Source of the DNA: Eledone cirrhosa
Lineage: Eukaryota
Direction: 5' to 3'
Assembly: GCA_964016885.1 (NCBI GenBank)
Contig: OZ024741.1
Location: 366,730,001 to 366,794,000, forward strand
Length of the DNA: 64,000 bases
Position 1 is the first letter of the stretch. The number at the start of each line of letters is the position of its first letter. A model generated the notes under the pieces. The model saw only the letters and a list, made by a program, of their open reading frames with translations, ran no database searches and had not been told where the DNA came from. The position numbers were made by a program, and so were the translations under genes. Below are positions 26,231 to 40,170 of the stretch, one piece after another.

Positions 26231-26557
26231 ACTAGTTAGGAAATTACAAGTACAATCCATTAATGGAACAGTAAAAATATGTAAAACATTCCAAAAATTC
26301 TGCATCTAATAAGAGATACACAGAGATACATGTAGAGATACACAGCATATGCACATGCACAGATATAACTCAAAACATCACATCCACACATACAATAACA
26401 TCCATACCTGCACACACATGCATGCATGCAGACATACATACATATTTCCCTAGTTGATGTTGTGTAAATTCCAATGAGAGAGTCTTGTATCTATGTTAGA
26501 AACCGACTCTTTCTCTCTCGATTGGTAAAAATTGATATAATCATAAAACCAGAAGAA
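26231..26557 (+). mobile_element. R4/Dong LINE 3' fragment following (TACA)n
   Basis: Matches 52295-52606; ends in ataaaaccagaagaa, followed by caaacatac. Confidence 0.85.
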
Positions 26558-26569
26558 CAAACATACTAA

Positions 26570-26720
26570 GGTGGTGAATTGGCAGAGTCGTTAGAACGTT
26601 GGATAGAATATTTTTCAGCATTTGCTCCGACGCTCTGCTCTCTGAGTTCAAATTCCGCCCAGGTCAACTATGACGTTCATCCTTTCGAGGTTTATAAACA
26701 AGTACCAGTCCAATACCGAT
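26570..26720 (+). mobile_element. tRNA-derived SINE (diverged)
   Basis: tggcagagtcg A-box, gagttcaaattcc B-box, core present. Confidence 0.7.
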
Positions 26721-27254
26721 GTCCATTCTTCCTCTCTCTCTCTCTCTCTCAATCTTTCTCAATCTTTCTCTGGAAGAAATCTGGTGTGTTTAGACCTGGA
26801 GAGGGGATGGACTCCGCCAGGTTTTAAATGCCCTAGAAACGCCGTGTTCGGTGCTCCTGCGACTGGAACAGGGATTACGGGACTATCACATCCCATCATA
26901 CATACCTACATGATGGCTGCAAACTCTGCTAAGAGTAGTGCAATCGCTTGTCAGATTACAGAAAATGATGCACTGTTAGGCTACGACCAGCCACCCGAAC
27001 CTGGACCATATGCTGAACAAGCAATGGCGGTGCTTTGAAGGTTTTTTAAGTGTGGGGGGGGAGGCCTTGACCCGAAAAGGAAAACTGGTCAACATCATCG
27101 GATGCTTCCGAAACCGCAGGCGTTTTTTTTCAGAGTTTCCCTCTCCTGGAAAGGTGTTGTGACAACAACTGGGGGCCTTTCACTCCAAGGTGTGGGGGGG
27201 GGGGGGTACTATTTGGATGGCCGTTGACTCTGCTGAGTTCCTCCGCCTTTGCCG

Positions 27255-27740
27255 GGTGGATGGTCGGGTGCATGGATGACTGGATGGATGGTTAGCAGGT
27301 TGGATGGATGGATGGGAGGATGGATGGTTGGATGGTTGGATGGTTGGGGTGATGGATGGTTGGATGGATGGTTAGATGGTTGGATGGTTGGATGGATGGT
27401 TGGATGGATGGTTGGATGGTTGGGGGGATGGATGGTTGGATGGATGGTTGGATGGTTGGTTGGATGGTTGGTTGGTTGGATGGGGGGATGGATGGAGGGA
27501 TGGATGGTTGGATGGTTGGGGGGATGGATGGTTGGATGGATGGGGGGATGGATGGAGGGATGGATGGTTGGATGGATGGTTGGATGGTTGGATGGATGGT
27601 TGGATGGTTGGATGGTTGGATGGTTGGATGGATGGTTGGATGGATGGTTGGTTGGATGGTTGGATGGATGGGGGATGGATGGGGGGATGAATGGGGTGAT
27701 GGATGGTTGGATGGGGGGATGAATGGTTGGATGGATGGAT
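27255..27740. repeat. Compound (TGGA/TGGT/TGGG)n tetranucleotide repeat
   Basis: Direct inspection. Confidence 0.95.
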
Positions 27741-27744
27741 ACAA

Positions 27745-28190
27745 CACTTAAAATGTTTGCCAATGGAGTGTTGAGCTAGTAAAGAATGAATAATGCGATG
27801 GATTCGCACCGAAAAAATGTAAGCATCAATGGCTTAATGGTTAACAGCATTGAAACGAAATTGAGAGAATGATTATTGCTGTTTACAAAAATAACTTTGC
27901 AGTTTTTTCATCAATCCTCTAACCTGCCATAACTGCGGCATTGTCACAGCATTGAGATTGATAGTTTTCTAATGGCATTTCTTCTTTTAGAAGTTGATCC
28001 AAAAAATTACATCCATCATCTTCTCAGCATCTTTTCATTTTAATTGGATAAATACAAGAAAGGATTCTTTTACGAAAATTGTTTTCTCCTTAAAAATCAA
28101 TATGAACATAACGAGAGGTAACTGCCTGCTCTCTCTCAATGTCCTCAATACTGAGTAGAAACAAGCAGGAGGCTTTATCAGTCGATGTTA
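27745..28190 (-). mobile_element. hAT (Tip100/ZMYM-like) transposase remnant
   Basis: Minus frames: RYVHID..VKESFLVFIQLK*KDAEK..LENYQSQCCDNAAVMAG, similar to the hAT CRSQCYDNAAxMAG block. Confidence 0.6.
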
Positions 28191-28934
28191 TGGAGTAATT
28201 TGGGTTGAACTATGAAAACCTTCATACACACACACACTCACACATACACACACGCACACACCCACGCGCTCTCACACACTCTCAGACACACACACACAAA
28301 CACTTACACACATACACTCTCTCACACATACATTCACACAGATACACATACACACGCTCACACACCCACACACGCACACATATACACACACATTCACACA
28401 CACATACATACACACACACATACATACATATTGCCTATATGTGTGTGTGTGTATGTGTGTGTGCGTGCGTGTGTGTGGGGGGTGTATGTGTGGGTGCGTG
28501 TGTGTGTGTGTGTGTGTAGGAAATATCGGTGGATATGGAAAAGGAATAATGAAAACAGTGCTCGAGTAAGAGAACTGATATATTATATTATTTATGTTCA
28601 TACGCGGAACAAAATTGCTACCTAAGGTTTCAACGCCCAATATTGACCATCTCCTCAGATTGTAAGAATGACAAAATTTCTAACCAGGTCATCAGGTGCT
28701 TGGACGGAATTGAAGATACCGTTAAATATATATATTTCTTTATTTGTAGATAGATATATTTCTTTGAATATATAGTGTGTTAAACACTTCTTCATAAAAT
28801 GTTGCATAATAACGGGAAATAACTCAAAGATGTAAAATTGACTATGTTAGTATCCGTGTGTTAATTTGTAATGTTCTTGTGCTCCTTCCATTTCTACATC
28901 TAGTTCTGGCATCCCGCAGTTAGCTGATGTGCTA

Positions 28935-29790
28935 TTCATTGCTTGAACTCGATGAGACAGGTCGCAGAGAACTTGATTGTAAATCCTGGGGAATATTCAA
29001 CACACATATTATCATAATATCTTCGGGCTAAGTGTAAATAGTCACCCAACATATTGTTTTTGTACTTCTGCAAGAGTAGATAAGCTTCATCAATTCCACA
29101 TGCTGTGAGCATAACAAACAACTGTCTTATTTGACTGGCTACTCAAGTGACTGCTTCTGCTTCTAGGATCTTCTTCCAATGTCCATTGTCATGCAGGAGT
29201 CCATGCTGTTTACATGCTTCTTGGTATGTTGTGCACACCCTTCCTATGAAGCACCTGAGATCTTCAAATGACGTTAGTCCTCAAACAGTATGCAAAAGTA
29301 GCCATAAATAAAAATACTGTTGTTGGGGTAGAAATTGTAAACACGCCCAATAGCATCACTTGCATTGACTTCATGACCTTCCACTAAATGACCCCGGCTT
29401 CCTTCAATTCCAGCTTTTGCAATTGGTCCAGGTGTTAATATGTTGGGATCTCAGCATAGAGGAGGGATCGAACAAATTCATCATTCTGGCAAAGTTTTAA
29501 ATAAAGCAGTTAGAGTAGCGTCAAGCGGTGCTTGTGCCAACTGATGAGCAGTGGTCTCAGTGAAACACATTCTCTGTCCATTTTCCAGATGGACTGCTAG
29601 GTTAACCACTGTTGGGTAGCGATGATGGATATCAAATTCAAAGATCCGCCAGATAACTTTATTGCTGGATATGTATCGACCTGCCTGATACCTTTTGACC
29701 TCATCCAGCCCAACATCATCAGTAACAAGGGTAGCCATGCCACTGCCTTTGTTGTTATATTTTGTGACATATGGTATTGCTTTGATGGGG
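28935..29790 (-). mobile_element. Helitron Rep/helicase fragment (decayed)
   Basis: KYNNKGS..DEVKRYQAGRYISSNKVIWRIFEFDIHHRYPTVVNLAVHLENGQR..TSFEDLR..TYQEACKQHGLL. Confidence 0.88.
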
Positions 29791-30291
29791 CGGTAAACTA
29801 CTGGGGGAGATAGAGCGATTGATGACTCTGCTAGCTCCCCAGAAAACTCTCACAATCCAGTGATGTAACTACGACGAACCGAGTTAAGGCTGCCTCAAAA
29901 AAAGCCTAGTCATCGCGTGTCTGAGCAAAGTAACAAATTGGTAATTGGCGCGAATGAGACCACCAATACTAAATACTAAATATAATATAATATCATAATC
30001 ACAAGATGGAAAAAGAAAGAAGTGAGAAAGGGGAAAACTACAGCCTTGGTTGGACAGTATATCTCAGCTTCTCCCCGTGAACATGATGGCGAAAGATTAC
30101 CGCTTAAAACAGCTAGTGATGCCTGCTGTATCGGCCGTTCCATCTCGTGGTAGATTACCTCGTCACAATTTGGAAGAGATAAATGGCAGTGAGGTGGCCA
30201 AGGGCGCTGGAAGTTTCAATGGCTGTTTCGGTGGTCGAACAATTGAAATGCTCATGTGTGTATGTAGATAGCTAGACAGATAGACAGATAA

Positions 30292-33200
30292 ATTTCTATT
30301 TATTTGCCACGAGGGCATAAAAGAGAGGGACACATACATGGGGGGGGGGTACATAGAAATCGAGTAAAGAAATGTAATAACAAATAAAATTATAACAAAA
30401 AGGTCCTCAATAGGGAGGGATCGTTTTGGGGTCACTCACACCCCCGAAAAAAAATGTGCGACCCTTCTCTACGGTAGCACAAAGAGAGGGTGCTCCCTTC
30501 TTCCTTCATCCTTTTCCACCTACAGGCTGAGGTAGAGAGAAGGCCGTTCACACGGGCCATTCTCGCCACTTTCACCCACCTTTCATAAAACTGGCTGGGG
30601 TGGAGCACCTCTCTCTCTATCCTGATCCTTCTTCCGAAATGGTATCGAAAGAAAAGGACCAGTTGTTGGCCGGAAAGAAAGGTGTCCGACCTCAGCCCTT
30701 TTAGACGCGTCCACCATACAACCTCTTTTACCATGGCTATTACACAGAGGAAGACCGCCTCTCCTTCATTTTTGAAGGGGGGAGGTGGCTTGATCGTTAC
30801 AATGGACTCGGTGGTCAACCTAATTGGTCCCACCCGTGATAGCAGTTGTTCGACATAGCCCCACAGATCGGTAACGGCCGGGCAGTGTACCAATGCGTGC
30901 GCAACGGTTTCCTCGTCGCACACGCATCTGGGACAGATCTTTTTCGAGGGTTCCCTACCCGGGCGCCCGTGTCTGTAGAGCTTATCCCGAACGGGCAGAG
31001 CCCCTCGGTAGCACTGCCAGGCCAAGGACTTCTGGAAGTTGTCCATAGGTCCCGGGCCGAAAGTCCTACCGAATAGGCTGGCCAGTTCGTCCTCCTCCAT
31101 GCCTAGGGTTTCTCCGAGGGCGTCGTTACACCTGCTAACCACCAGCCCTCTATAGAATAACGAGGTGGAGTCTCCACCGATAGCCGGGTCCGCCTGCCAG
31201 AGAGCCGTGAGCGCCTGGGCACACTCGGTGTGCCAGTCGCCCAGTTTTCTCGGTCTTTGCTTCACCCAGGACTGCAGCTCGGCGAGCGAGACGAGCCTCG
31301 GGTAGGCTCGCCTCACAAACGGGGCCCACACCGGTTGACCGGTGAGGAATACCTGGAGATGCCGTATCCTCAATGTGTGTTTACACATTTTTAGCCACGG
31401 CATCCCCAGCCCTCCTTTCAAAGGGTGTTGACAGCAGATGGATCTCCTCACCAGAGGAGACCTCTTCTTCCAAAGGAAGTGAAAGAGAGCGCGCTCCATT
31501 TTGGCGAGGATCTCACCCGGGAAAGGCACGACAGTCAAGCGGTAATAGATGACGGACGCTATGTAAGTGTTCGCCACCTCCGCCCGACCTTTCAGGGATA
31601 GTTTGCACTCGGCCCACTTCTGGGTCAGTGCAAGCACCTTATTCGTCACCTCACCCCCAGTTTTTCTCCACCTGGAGGTCCGGTCCGAACCAGACCCCAA
31701 GCAACTTCACCGGGCCCTCCGTCCACCGTCCGACGATACCGTCGGACGACATCGGTTTGCCCCGCCACTCGCCGAGTTGCAAAGCGACTGACTTGTCCCG
31801 GTTCAGCTTAGCCCCTGTCAACCTTTCGTACTCCTCCAGTAAGGTGCCGATTGCCTCGATTTCCGCGGTGGTCGACACCATTACTGTTACGTCATCGGCG
31901 TAGGCCGACACCGCTTTGCGCAATCCCGGTTCCAAAGGGATGCCCTGCAACAACTCCAACTTCCGCAGTAGTGGCTCGAGAGCCAATACATACAGAAGGG
32001 AGGAGAGAGGGCACCCCTGTCGGATGGAGCGGGTGATTTCGAACGGCTCCGAGAGGTAGCCGTTCACCTTGACTCTAGAGCAGATGCGGTTGCTATGCAT
32101 GGTAGTGATCCAGCCCCTGAAAACGGGTCCGAAACCAGCCGCCACTAGCACCGCATCCCGGTAACCATGGTCCACCCTATCGAAAGCTTTAGACTGATCT
32201 AAATTTATCAGGGCCCCACCAAAGCCGGCTTCGTTCCCAACCCTCTCTATGATGTATCGCATGAGGTGGGGGTTGTCGTGGATGGACCTGGACGGGATAG
32301 CGCATGTCTGCGCATCTCCCCCCAGCCCCCCCCCCCCCCATGACAAGTGCCAACCTCTTCGCTAACACTTTGGCCAAAATCTTTAACTCTGCATTTAGCA
32401 GAGTTATGGGCCTAAAATTACTAATGTCATTCCCCTTGTTCTCGTCCTTCCTCACTAGCGAGACTGCGCCCTTGGTCACAGAACAGGGAATTCTCCCGTT
32501 CTGTTGCCACTTGCAGTAGACCGCCTCGAGGAGATCGGGGAACAAGTCCGGCATATTAATATATAGTTCGTAGGGCAGACTATCGAGGCCTGGAGATTTG
32601 CGTTTGCCGCATAGGCTCAGCACGTCCCCTATTTCAGCAGCTGAGATCGGCCCGTCGCAGGACCTCGCCTCCTTGTCTGAAAGACGCGGCAGGCCGTCGA
32701 GGTATGGACCGAAATCCACATCCCCAACCGGCCCCCAGCCCCTCCCGAACAATCGGGCAAAGTGCCTTTGAAAGGCCTCGCACATTTGCTTAGGTTCAAG
32801 GATCACCCGTCCATCCTGGTCTTGCAAAGACCAGATAGAGGATCTAATCCCACTTTTGGCTTCTGTCACGCGGGCCCAGCTAACAGCTTTGGTCCCCTCG
32901 TTTCCCAGAGCACGTATTTTGCTTCGGACAACGCAGCCTTCGTGTCGAAGAACTGGCTCAAGGTCGTTCTCGACGCTTGCACTCTGGCCACGTTGCCGCT
33001 TCTCATTGCCTCTTCAATATTAACTACCAACTCCCTTTCCTTCCTATTTCTATCTGAGGCTAACTCCTCACTAACTCCTATTGAAACTACTCTAATCTCT
33101 CTTTTCAGAGAGCCCCACCACCTGCTGTTGACGATGGCGCACGTCAACCGCTCCTTAACTAAGGTTCTAATCCGGTCCCTGTAAGCTCTACTTGCCGGTA

Positions 33201-35858
33201 AGGACAAGTTGAGCTTCCAGTAACCGGGTCCCTGCCTATGCGTTCTATCAAGGTGGACTATGCAGGTCACTAACTTGTGGTCTGAATAGCCCACCATGAG
33301 CATTTCTGGACAACTTAAAAGTTCCTATCCTTAATTCTAACTAAGAACCTATCTAGGTACGATCTAGATTGACCGCTATGGTTTGTCCAAGTCCAGGTTG
33401 GCACAGTCGGAAAATCTAGTCGATATCTATCGGCCAGGTCAAATCGGCTGATTAACCCCTTGAGGTTGTTACACCCCCCTCTATCGGGGCATGCCCCTAC
33501 ATAGTCCCAACGTGCATCTAGGATACCATTCCAGTCCCCCACTAAAAGCAAGGAGCGGGACGTCCCTAGAAAAGTCTCCAGACGATGGAAGAAGTCCGAC
33601 CGCATTGCCCCAAAAGGGGCGTAAACGGCGACCAGCCTAAAAGCTTCGCCTTCACCACTGCCAAGGTCCAGAACCACTATTCGACCCTCCGGGTCCAAGT
33701 GTACTGTCTGTGTAGCGAGACCCAGATGTTTTTGCAGCAGAACGACAACCCCACCCCCACTTCCGGGCTGACAGAGAGATGCGTGCATCTCAAAGTCATC
33801 AAAGGTGGGGGCTAGTTGTTGCACGCTGCTGATCCGGGCCTCGCAAATAACCATCACATTTATACCTTGTGACCTGAGGTCATTTAGAAGTTTAGCTTGC
33901 TTCCAATGTGAGCCCAGGCCACGCGCATTTAGACAACCTACTCTTAACACAGCCATGTTAGTGGTACAGAAAGAGGCACTTACCTCTCTGCGTCCCGGGG
34001 TCCGGGCTGTTCAGTTTCCATGGGGGTGGAGGGGTTGTTGGGGGGGGGGGGGTAACGTTTTAAGAGGACGCAGTTAAACGGTTTGTTACAGGGGGGCCCC
34101 ACGTCCTCTTTATAAACGTTTTTTAAAGTTTGATAAAGATTCATGGGGACCTTTATCATTTTGAGGTGTGGAGAGTCATCCACTGTCTTAAAATTTGGCC
34201 CTTCGGTTTTCACCGAACGGTTGCTGTTTATTATATTGAGCAGTTTTTTTGTTTTGTTTGTTGATGTAAGTGTACTGTAATGTTTTTTTCTGTGACGCTG
34301 TTAGTGTTGTGTAATGGGGAGAGGTGCTTTGTGTTGTGTTGGTTTCTTCTGTGTTTGTTTGGTTTCTGTTAGTGGTATGTTTCCTTTTTTTCCTTTTTAC
34401 TGGTCGGAACGGCTCTCCTTCATCTTCGCTATGCTCCGATGTAAGGAGGTTTTCGTCCGTGTTCAGGGGTAGGGGGATATTTTGTGGTAGTGTTGTGTTG
34501 GTGTGTGTATTTTTTATTGTTTTCTGTGTGGGGTGGGTGGGTGTAACTGTGATTTGTTTCGTGGTCTTTTGTTTTTGTTGTTGTTGTGGTGGTGGTGCTG
34601 GAGGTAGTGTTGTTGTTTTTTGTTGTTGTGGTGGTGATGGTGGTGTATTTTGTTGTTTTTGTGGTGGTGGTGTTGGTTGTTTTTGTTGTTGTTGTGGTGT
34701 TTGTAGCAGTGGTTTTTTTGTTGTTAGTAGAGGGCAGGCAGTCCTCAGGTGACCTCTGCCAGTTCAGTGGTAACATGAGGGCCTCCTGCCTTCCCCCGTA
34801 ATATTAATGAAGGTTCGACCATCCAGTAGTACTCGGTCGGGTATTCCGGCGATTCTCTCTGGTGTCATCTGTATGAGAACCTCCAGACTTTTCCCCCCGA
34901 ACAGCCCACTGGTAGACTCACCTGCTGATAAAATGTCCTTTTCTAGGTCTGTGAATCCTGTCAGGACGGGCCAGATGTCTACTTCTGGCGTTGAGGTCCA
35001 CATTCTTAATCTTTGTGTTCTTCTTTCTTTATATGTGGGGAAGAAGGTGTATTGTGGTGATACTATAGGTGCCACCGAGCATTTTCGAGCCAGCATTTGA
35101 TCCTTCATTCGGACCATAATGCTGGCATAAAGCTTTCCTCTTTCAATAAAGAGTATGTGCTTTTTAATGTCTTTCAGAACCAGCTCAATTTGACTTTCTG
35201 TCAATTGAGCTGGTTTTCTTGTTGCGTTGGATATAGTCCTGAAAGTTATAGTATTCCTATATGCCTGTTGACGAACTTCTTCTGGGGAGTTGATCGTAAA
35301 AGAACCATCCTCCTCAAAAGATACGTATTTTCTGGCATTTAGTAAGTTTTGCTTAGCATTAATAATGTCTATGGGTTTGTATTCGATCGTTTTTTTTACC
35401 GTTTGGGCAAAATAAATTTTGCTGTCTTTGTTGTTTTCGTTTCGTTCATTGTTGTTTGTTGCTGCAATGTTGTTGGGTTTATAAATTCCATTTGTTGTGA
35501 TATTTTTTTCCCTGTTATATTTTTCAAAATTTGGGTTTTCACTCAAATTAACAGTGTTTTTTCCATTCGAGAGGAGTGGTAGTTCAACAGTTTGAATTGT
35601 TGTTCCCTCTTTCTCGCTTTTTTTGGTGGGTGTGGCGTTAGCTTGCAATATGGCTTCCTCGTTTTTAACGATATCAATAAACATTTTAAATTAAAGATTT
35701 TCACCCCAAAAGGGGCGAAAATATATTTACCCTACGTCTACAGTCCCAGACGAGGGGCTAGAGTCAACAATAATAACAAAATTCAAATAACACACTCACA
35801 AATAACAAAGTAGTAATCCAAAATCGAAGAGCTGATGTGAAAGACGTCCACTATCAAC
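30292..35858 (-). mobile_element. Full-length Tx1-clade LINE (TCTA lineage): 5' UTR, ORF1 with CCHC knuckle, frameshifted ORF2 (APE-RT-CCHC)
   Basis: 5' 'gtggacgtctttcacatcagctc'. ORF1 starts 35684; ORF2 spans 33956-~30520 in 5 pieces with GDWN, SDHK, QGCPLS, YADD. (GATA)n-like flanks at 30265-30290 and 35859-35920. Confidence 0.93.
34764..35684 (-). pseudogene. Tx1 ORF1 N-terminal part; frame continues past a TGA into the CCHC knuckle and a P/Q/T-rich tail
   Basis: Lies upstream of ORF2; reads CYH*TGRGHLRTAC. Confidence 0.75.
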
Positions 35859-35920
<62 letters not shown>

Positions 35921-35921
<1 letters not shown>

Positions 35922-38900
35922 TTCTTTATTTACCATAAAGGCATAAAAAGAAGGGACAAATACAAAGGGGGAGTTTACATATAATCGAGTAAAAAGGGTG
36001 TAACATGAAAATAATCGAAAATAACCTCAAAAGGGAGGGGACGTGATGGGGGTTGCACACACCCCCGAAAAAGTGTGCAATCCTTTGCCCGGGGAGCACA
36101 TGGAGAAGGTGCTCCCCTCTCCTTTACTTCTTTACCTACAGGATGGTATACAGAGAAGGCCCATTTACACGAGCCATTCTCGCCACTATCACCCACCTTT
36201 CATAAAACTGCCTGTGGCCAAGCACCTCTCTCTCCATTCTTATCCTTCTTCCGAAGTGATATCGGAAGAAGTAGACCAGACTATGGCCAGAGAGGAAGTT
36301 GCCTGACCTCAGACCTTTCAATCGTGTCCACCAAACAACCTCTTTCAACATGGCTATTACGCACAGAAAAACCGCCTTTGCTTCCTTTGTGAAGAGGGGA
36401 GGCGGTTTGATTGTCATCACGGACTCGGCGGTCAATTTAATCGGCGCCACCCGCGACAGCAGTTGTTCGGCGTAGCCCCACAGATCAGCCACGCCCGGAC
36501 ATTGCACCAATGCGTGCGCCACGGTTTCTTCGTGACGCACGCATCTAGGGCAAATCTTTTTTGAGGGATCCCTGCCCGGGCGCCCGTGTCTGTAGAGCCT
36601 CTCTCGAACGGGTAGAGCCCCTCGGTAGCACTGCCAGGCCAGTGACTTCTGGAAGTTGTCCATTGGTCCTGGGCCGAAAGTCCTACCGAACAGGCTGGCC
36701 AGTTCGTCTTCCTCCATGTCCAGCGACTCTCCAAGGGTGTCATCGCCCCTGCTAGCCACCAGCCCTCTATAGAATGATGAGGTGGATTCTCCACCGATGG
36801 CCCGGCCCGCTTGCCAGAGAGCCCTGAGCGCCTGAGCACACTCAGTGTGCCAGTCTCCCAGTTTTCCGGATCTTTGCTTGACCCAGGACTGTAGCTCGGT
36901 GAGTGAGACGAGTCTCGGAAAGGCTCGTTTCACGAACGGAGCCCACACCGGTTGACCAGTGAGGAATACCTGTAGGTGCCGTAGCCTTAATGCGTGCCTA
37001 CGCATCATCAACCACGGCATCCCCAGCCCTCCTTTCGAAGGTTGTTGGCAGCAGATGGATCTTCTCACCATAGGAGGACGCTTCTTCCAAAGAAATTGGA
37101 AGAGCATGCGTTCCATGGTGGTGAGTGTTTCCTTAGGGCAAGGCACGACAGTCAGGCGGTAGTAAGTGACGGACGCTATGTAAATGTTCGCCACCTCCGC
37201 CCGGCCTTTTAGGGACAGCTTACACTTGGCCCATTTCTGGGTTAGTGCAAACACCTTGTTCGTAACCTCGTTCCAGTTCTTTTCCACCTGGAGGTCCGGT
37301 CCAAACCAGACCCCAAGCAACTTTACCGGGCCCTCCGTCCAGTGTCCGACGACACCGTCAGGAGGCATCGGTTTGCCTCTCCACGTTCCGAGTTGCAGCC
37401 CGATGGATTTTTCCCGGTTCAGTTTCGCTCCTGACAACCTTTCGTACTCCTCCAGTAAGGTACCGATCGCCTCGATCTCCGAGTCGGTTGATACCATTAC
37501 TGTTACGTCATCGGCGTAGGCCGACACCGCTTTGCTCAATCCTGGTTCCAGGGGGATACCCTGCAACAACTCCAACTTCCTCAGTAAAGGCTCGAGAGTC
37601 AATACGTACAGAAGGGAGGAGAGAGGGCACCCCTGTCGAATGGATCGTGTGATTTCGAACGGCTTCGAAAGGTAGCCGTTCACCTTGATCCTAGAACAGA
37701 TGTGGTTGCTATGTAGGGCAGTGATCCAGCCTCTGAAAACAGGACCGAACCCAGCCGCCGCTAGCACCGCATCCAGGTAACCATGGTCGACCCTATCGAA
37801 GGCCTTAGACTGATCCAAGTTGATCAGGGCCCCACCGAAGCCGGGTTTGTTGCCAACCCTCTCTATGATGTATCGCATGAGGTGGAGGTTATCGTGAATG
37901 GACCTGGATGGGATTGCACATGTCTGCGCATCTCCCACCAGGCCACCCACGACAAGCGCCAACCTCTTTGCTAACACCTTGGCCAAAATCTTTAACTCTG
38001 TGTTTAGCAGGGTTATGGGCCGAAAATTATTTATACTATCCCCCTTGTTCTCGTCCTTCCTCACCAGCGTGACTACGCCCTTGGCTACAGAACAAGGAAT
38101 TCTCCCGTTCTGCTGCCAATTGCAGTAGACCGCTTCGAGGAGTTCGGAGAAGAAGACCGGCATTGCTAAATAAAGTTCGTAAAGTATACCATCGAGACCT
38201 GGAGATTTGCGTCTGCTGCATTGGCTCAGCGCATCTCCGATCTCATCAGCCGAGATTGGTCCCTCGCAGGACTCTGCCTCTTTGTTCGAGAGACGCGGCA
38301 GGCCGTCGAGGTATGGACCGAAATCCACGCCCCGGCCCGGACCCTCGCCTCCCCCGAACAATCGGGCAAAGTGCTTTTGAAAGGCCTCGCACATCTGCTT
38401 AGGCTCCCGGATCACTCGTCCATCTTCGTCTTGCAACGACCGGATGGTGGATCGATTTCCACTTTTAGCTTCTGTCACGCGGGCCCATCCAACGGCTTTG
38501 GCCCCCTCATTACCTAGAGCACGTATTTTACTTCGAATGACGCAGCCTTCATGCTTTGCATCGAAAAACTGGTTCAAGGCCGTCCTCGATGCCAGCACTC
38601 TGGCCACATCTTCGCTCTTGATTGCCTCTTCTAATTTACCTGTTAATTCTTTCTCGTTTCTATTCCTATTGGCAGCTAACATCTTGCTATAACTTATTGA
38701 TTCTGTTCTAATCTCTCTTTTGAGAGATGCCCACCATCGGTTGTTGACGATTGCACCCGTCAACCTCTCCTTAACTAATCTGCTAATCCGGTTTCTGTAA
38801 GTCTCTTTTGCCGGTAACGACAAATTAAGTTTCCAGTAACCGGGACCCTGTCTATGTGTTTTCTCGAGATTGACCACGCAGGTCACTAATTTGTGATCCG

Positions 38901-38966
38901 TGTAGCCAACCGTGCGCATTTCTGGACAGCTTAATATGTCCCTATCCTTACTTCTAACTAAGAATC
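35921..38966 (-). mobile_element. 5'-truncated Tx1 LINE with uninterrupted ~940-codon ORF2 part (APE C-terminus, RT, CCHC)
   Basis: ORF track 36136-39051; its first ~28 aa are read-through of (TCTA)n and the neighbour's UTR. (GATA)n on both sides. Confidence 0.93.
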
Positions 38967-39004
<38 letters not shown>

Positions 39005-39497
39005 TGTTTCTTTATTAGCCACAGAGGCACAAAAGAAGGGAACAAATACAAAGAGGGAAGTTTACATACAATAAAAACGTGTAAAATATTATCACAAATG
39101 CAATTTAAAAGTTAATCGATTTTCCCCAATAGGGGGAGACATTTCCTATGGGTAATACATACCCCCGAAAAAATGTGCAACCCTTATCTCCAGGAGTACG
39201 AAGAGTTTGTACCCCTTTCCTCTCTTCCTCTTTTTCCTCAACCTACAGACTGATATAGAGAGAAGGCCCATTCACTCGAGCCATTCTCGCCACTTTCACC
39301 CACCTTTCGTAAAACTTGCTGGGGTACAGCACCTCTCTCTCCATCCTGATTCTTCTTCCAAAGTGGTATTTGAAAAAAAGAATCAGTTGTTGGCCGGAGA
39401 GAAAGATGTCTGACCTCAGCCCTTTTAACCTTGTCCACCATACAACCTCTTTCGCCATAGCTATCACACAAAGGAAAACCGCCTCTCCTTCGTTTTG
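39005..39497 (-). mobile_element. Heavily 5'-truncated Tx1 LINE
   Basis: EVVWWTRLKGLRS..GRRIRMERE; (GATA)n at 38967-39004 and 39498-39588. Confidence 0.9.
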
Positions 39498-39507
39498 GAT
39501 AGATAGG

Positions 39508-39588
<81 letters not shown>

Positions 39589-40129
39589 GGATGGACAGAG
39601 AGAGAGAGAGGAGGAGCAGGAAAAGAGTGAGAGACAGAGAGATAGAGGGAGAGAGACCTAAAAACTTAAAGAAAGTGGAATGCTGTCGGTGATTTCTAAA
39701 AACCTTCATATGGTCTTCTATTGAAAGTGGGTGGGACAGGCGTGGCTGGTGTTTCGCTTTTAAGTGAATGAAAAGTTAATAATTAAATAAAAATCTAAAT
39801 GCATATAAACAGGAAAAGGAGATATTATAGAAATACAATGCAGTTGTTTGGTTGGTGGGTTCGTATGGTCAGTAGTTTAGTACAGAAGTGGCTGTAGAAG
39901 TAAGAGGGAAGAGAGAGAATGGAAGGAGTAAATAACGGGAACAGGTGTGGTGAGAATTCGTAAGTGCAGTTGACATCCTGCCAACTGGGGGTCTGGTGTA
40001 CTTATTGTAAGAACAATAAAAGGACTCCTGGCACTGGTAGGATTATTGGTTTTAATTTAAAGTGGTTTCTTTGTCCTTTAGTCAATAGGGTGGCCATTCT
40101 GTTGTTGTTGTTGTTGTTGCTGATGCTGC

Positions 40130-40170
<41 letters not shown>

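Noticed and set aside
26770-27190. Repeat shared with 47480-47635
   Set aside because: Real similarity (gtgctttgaaggttttttaagtg), probably a LINE 5' UTR, but I could not assign the family.
38967-39051. N-terminus of the 971-aa ORF
   Set aside because: It is read-through of (TCTA)n and the adjacent copy's 3' UTR, not a real start.
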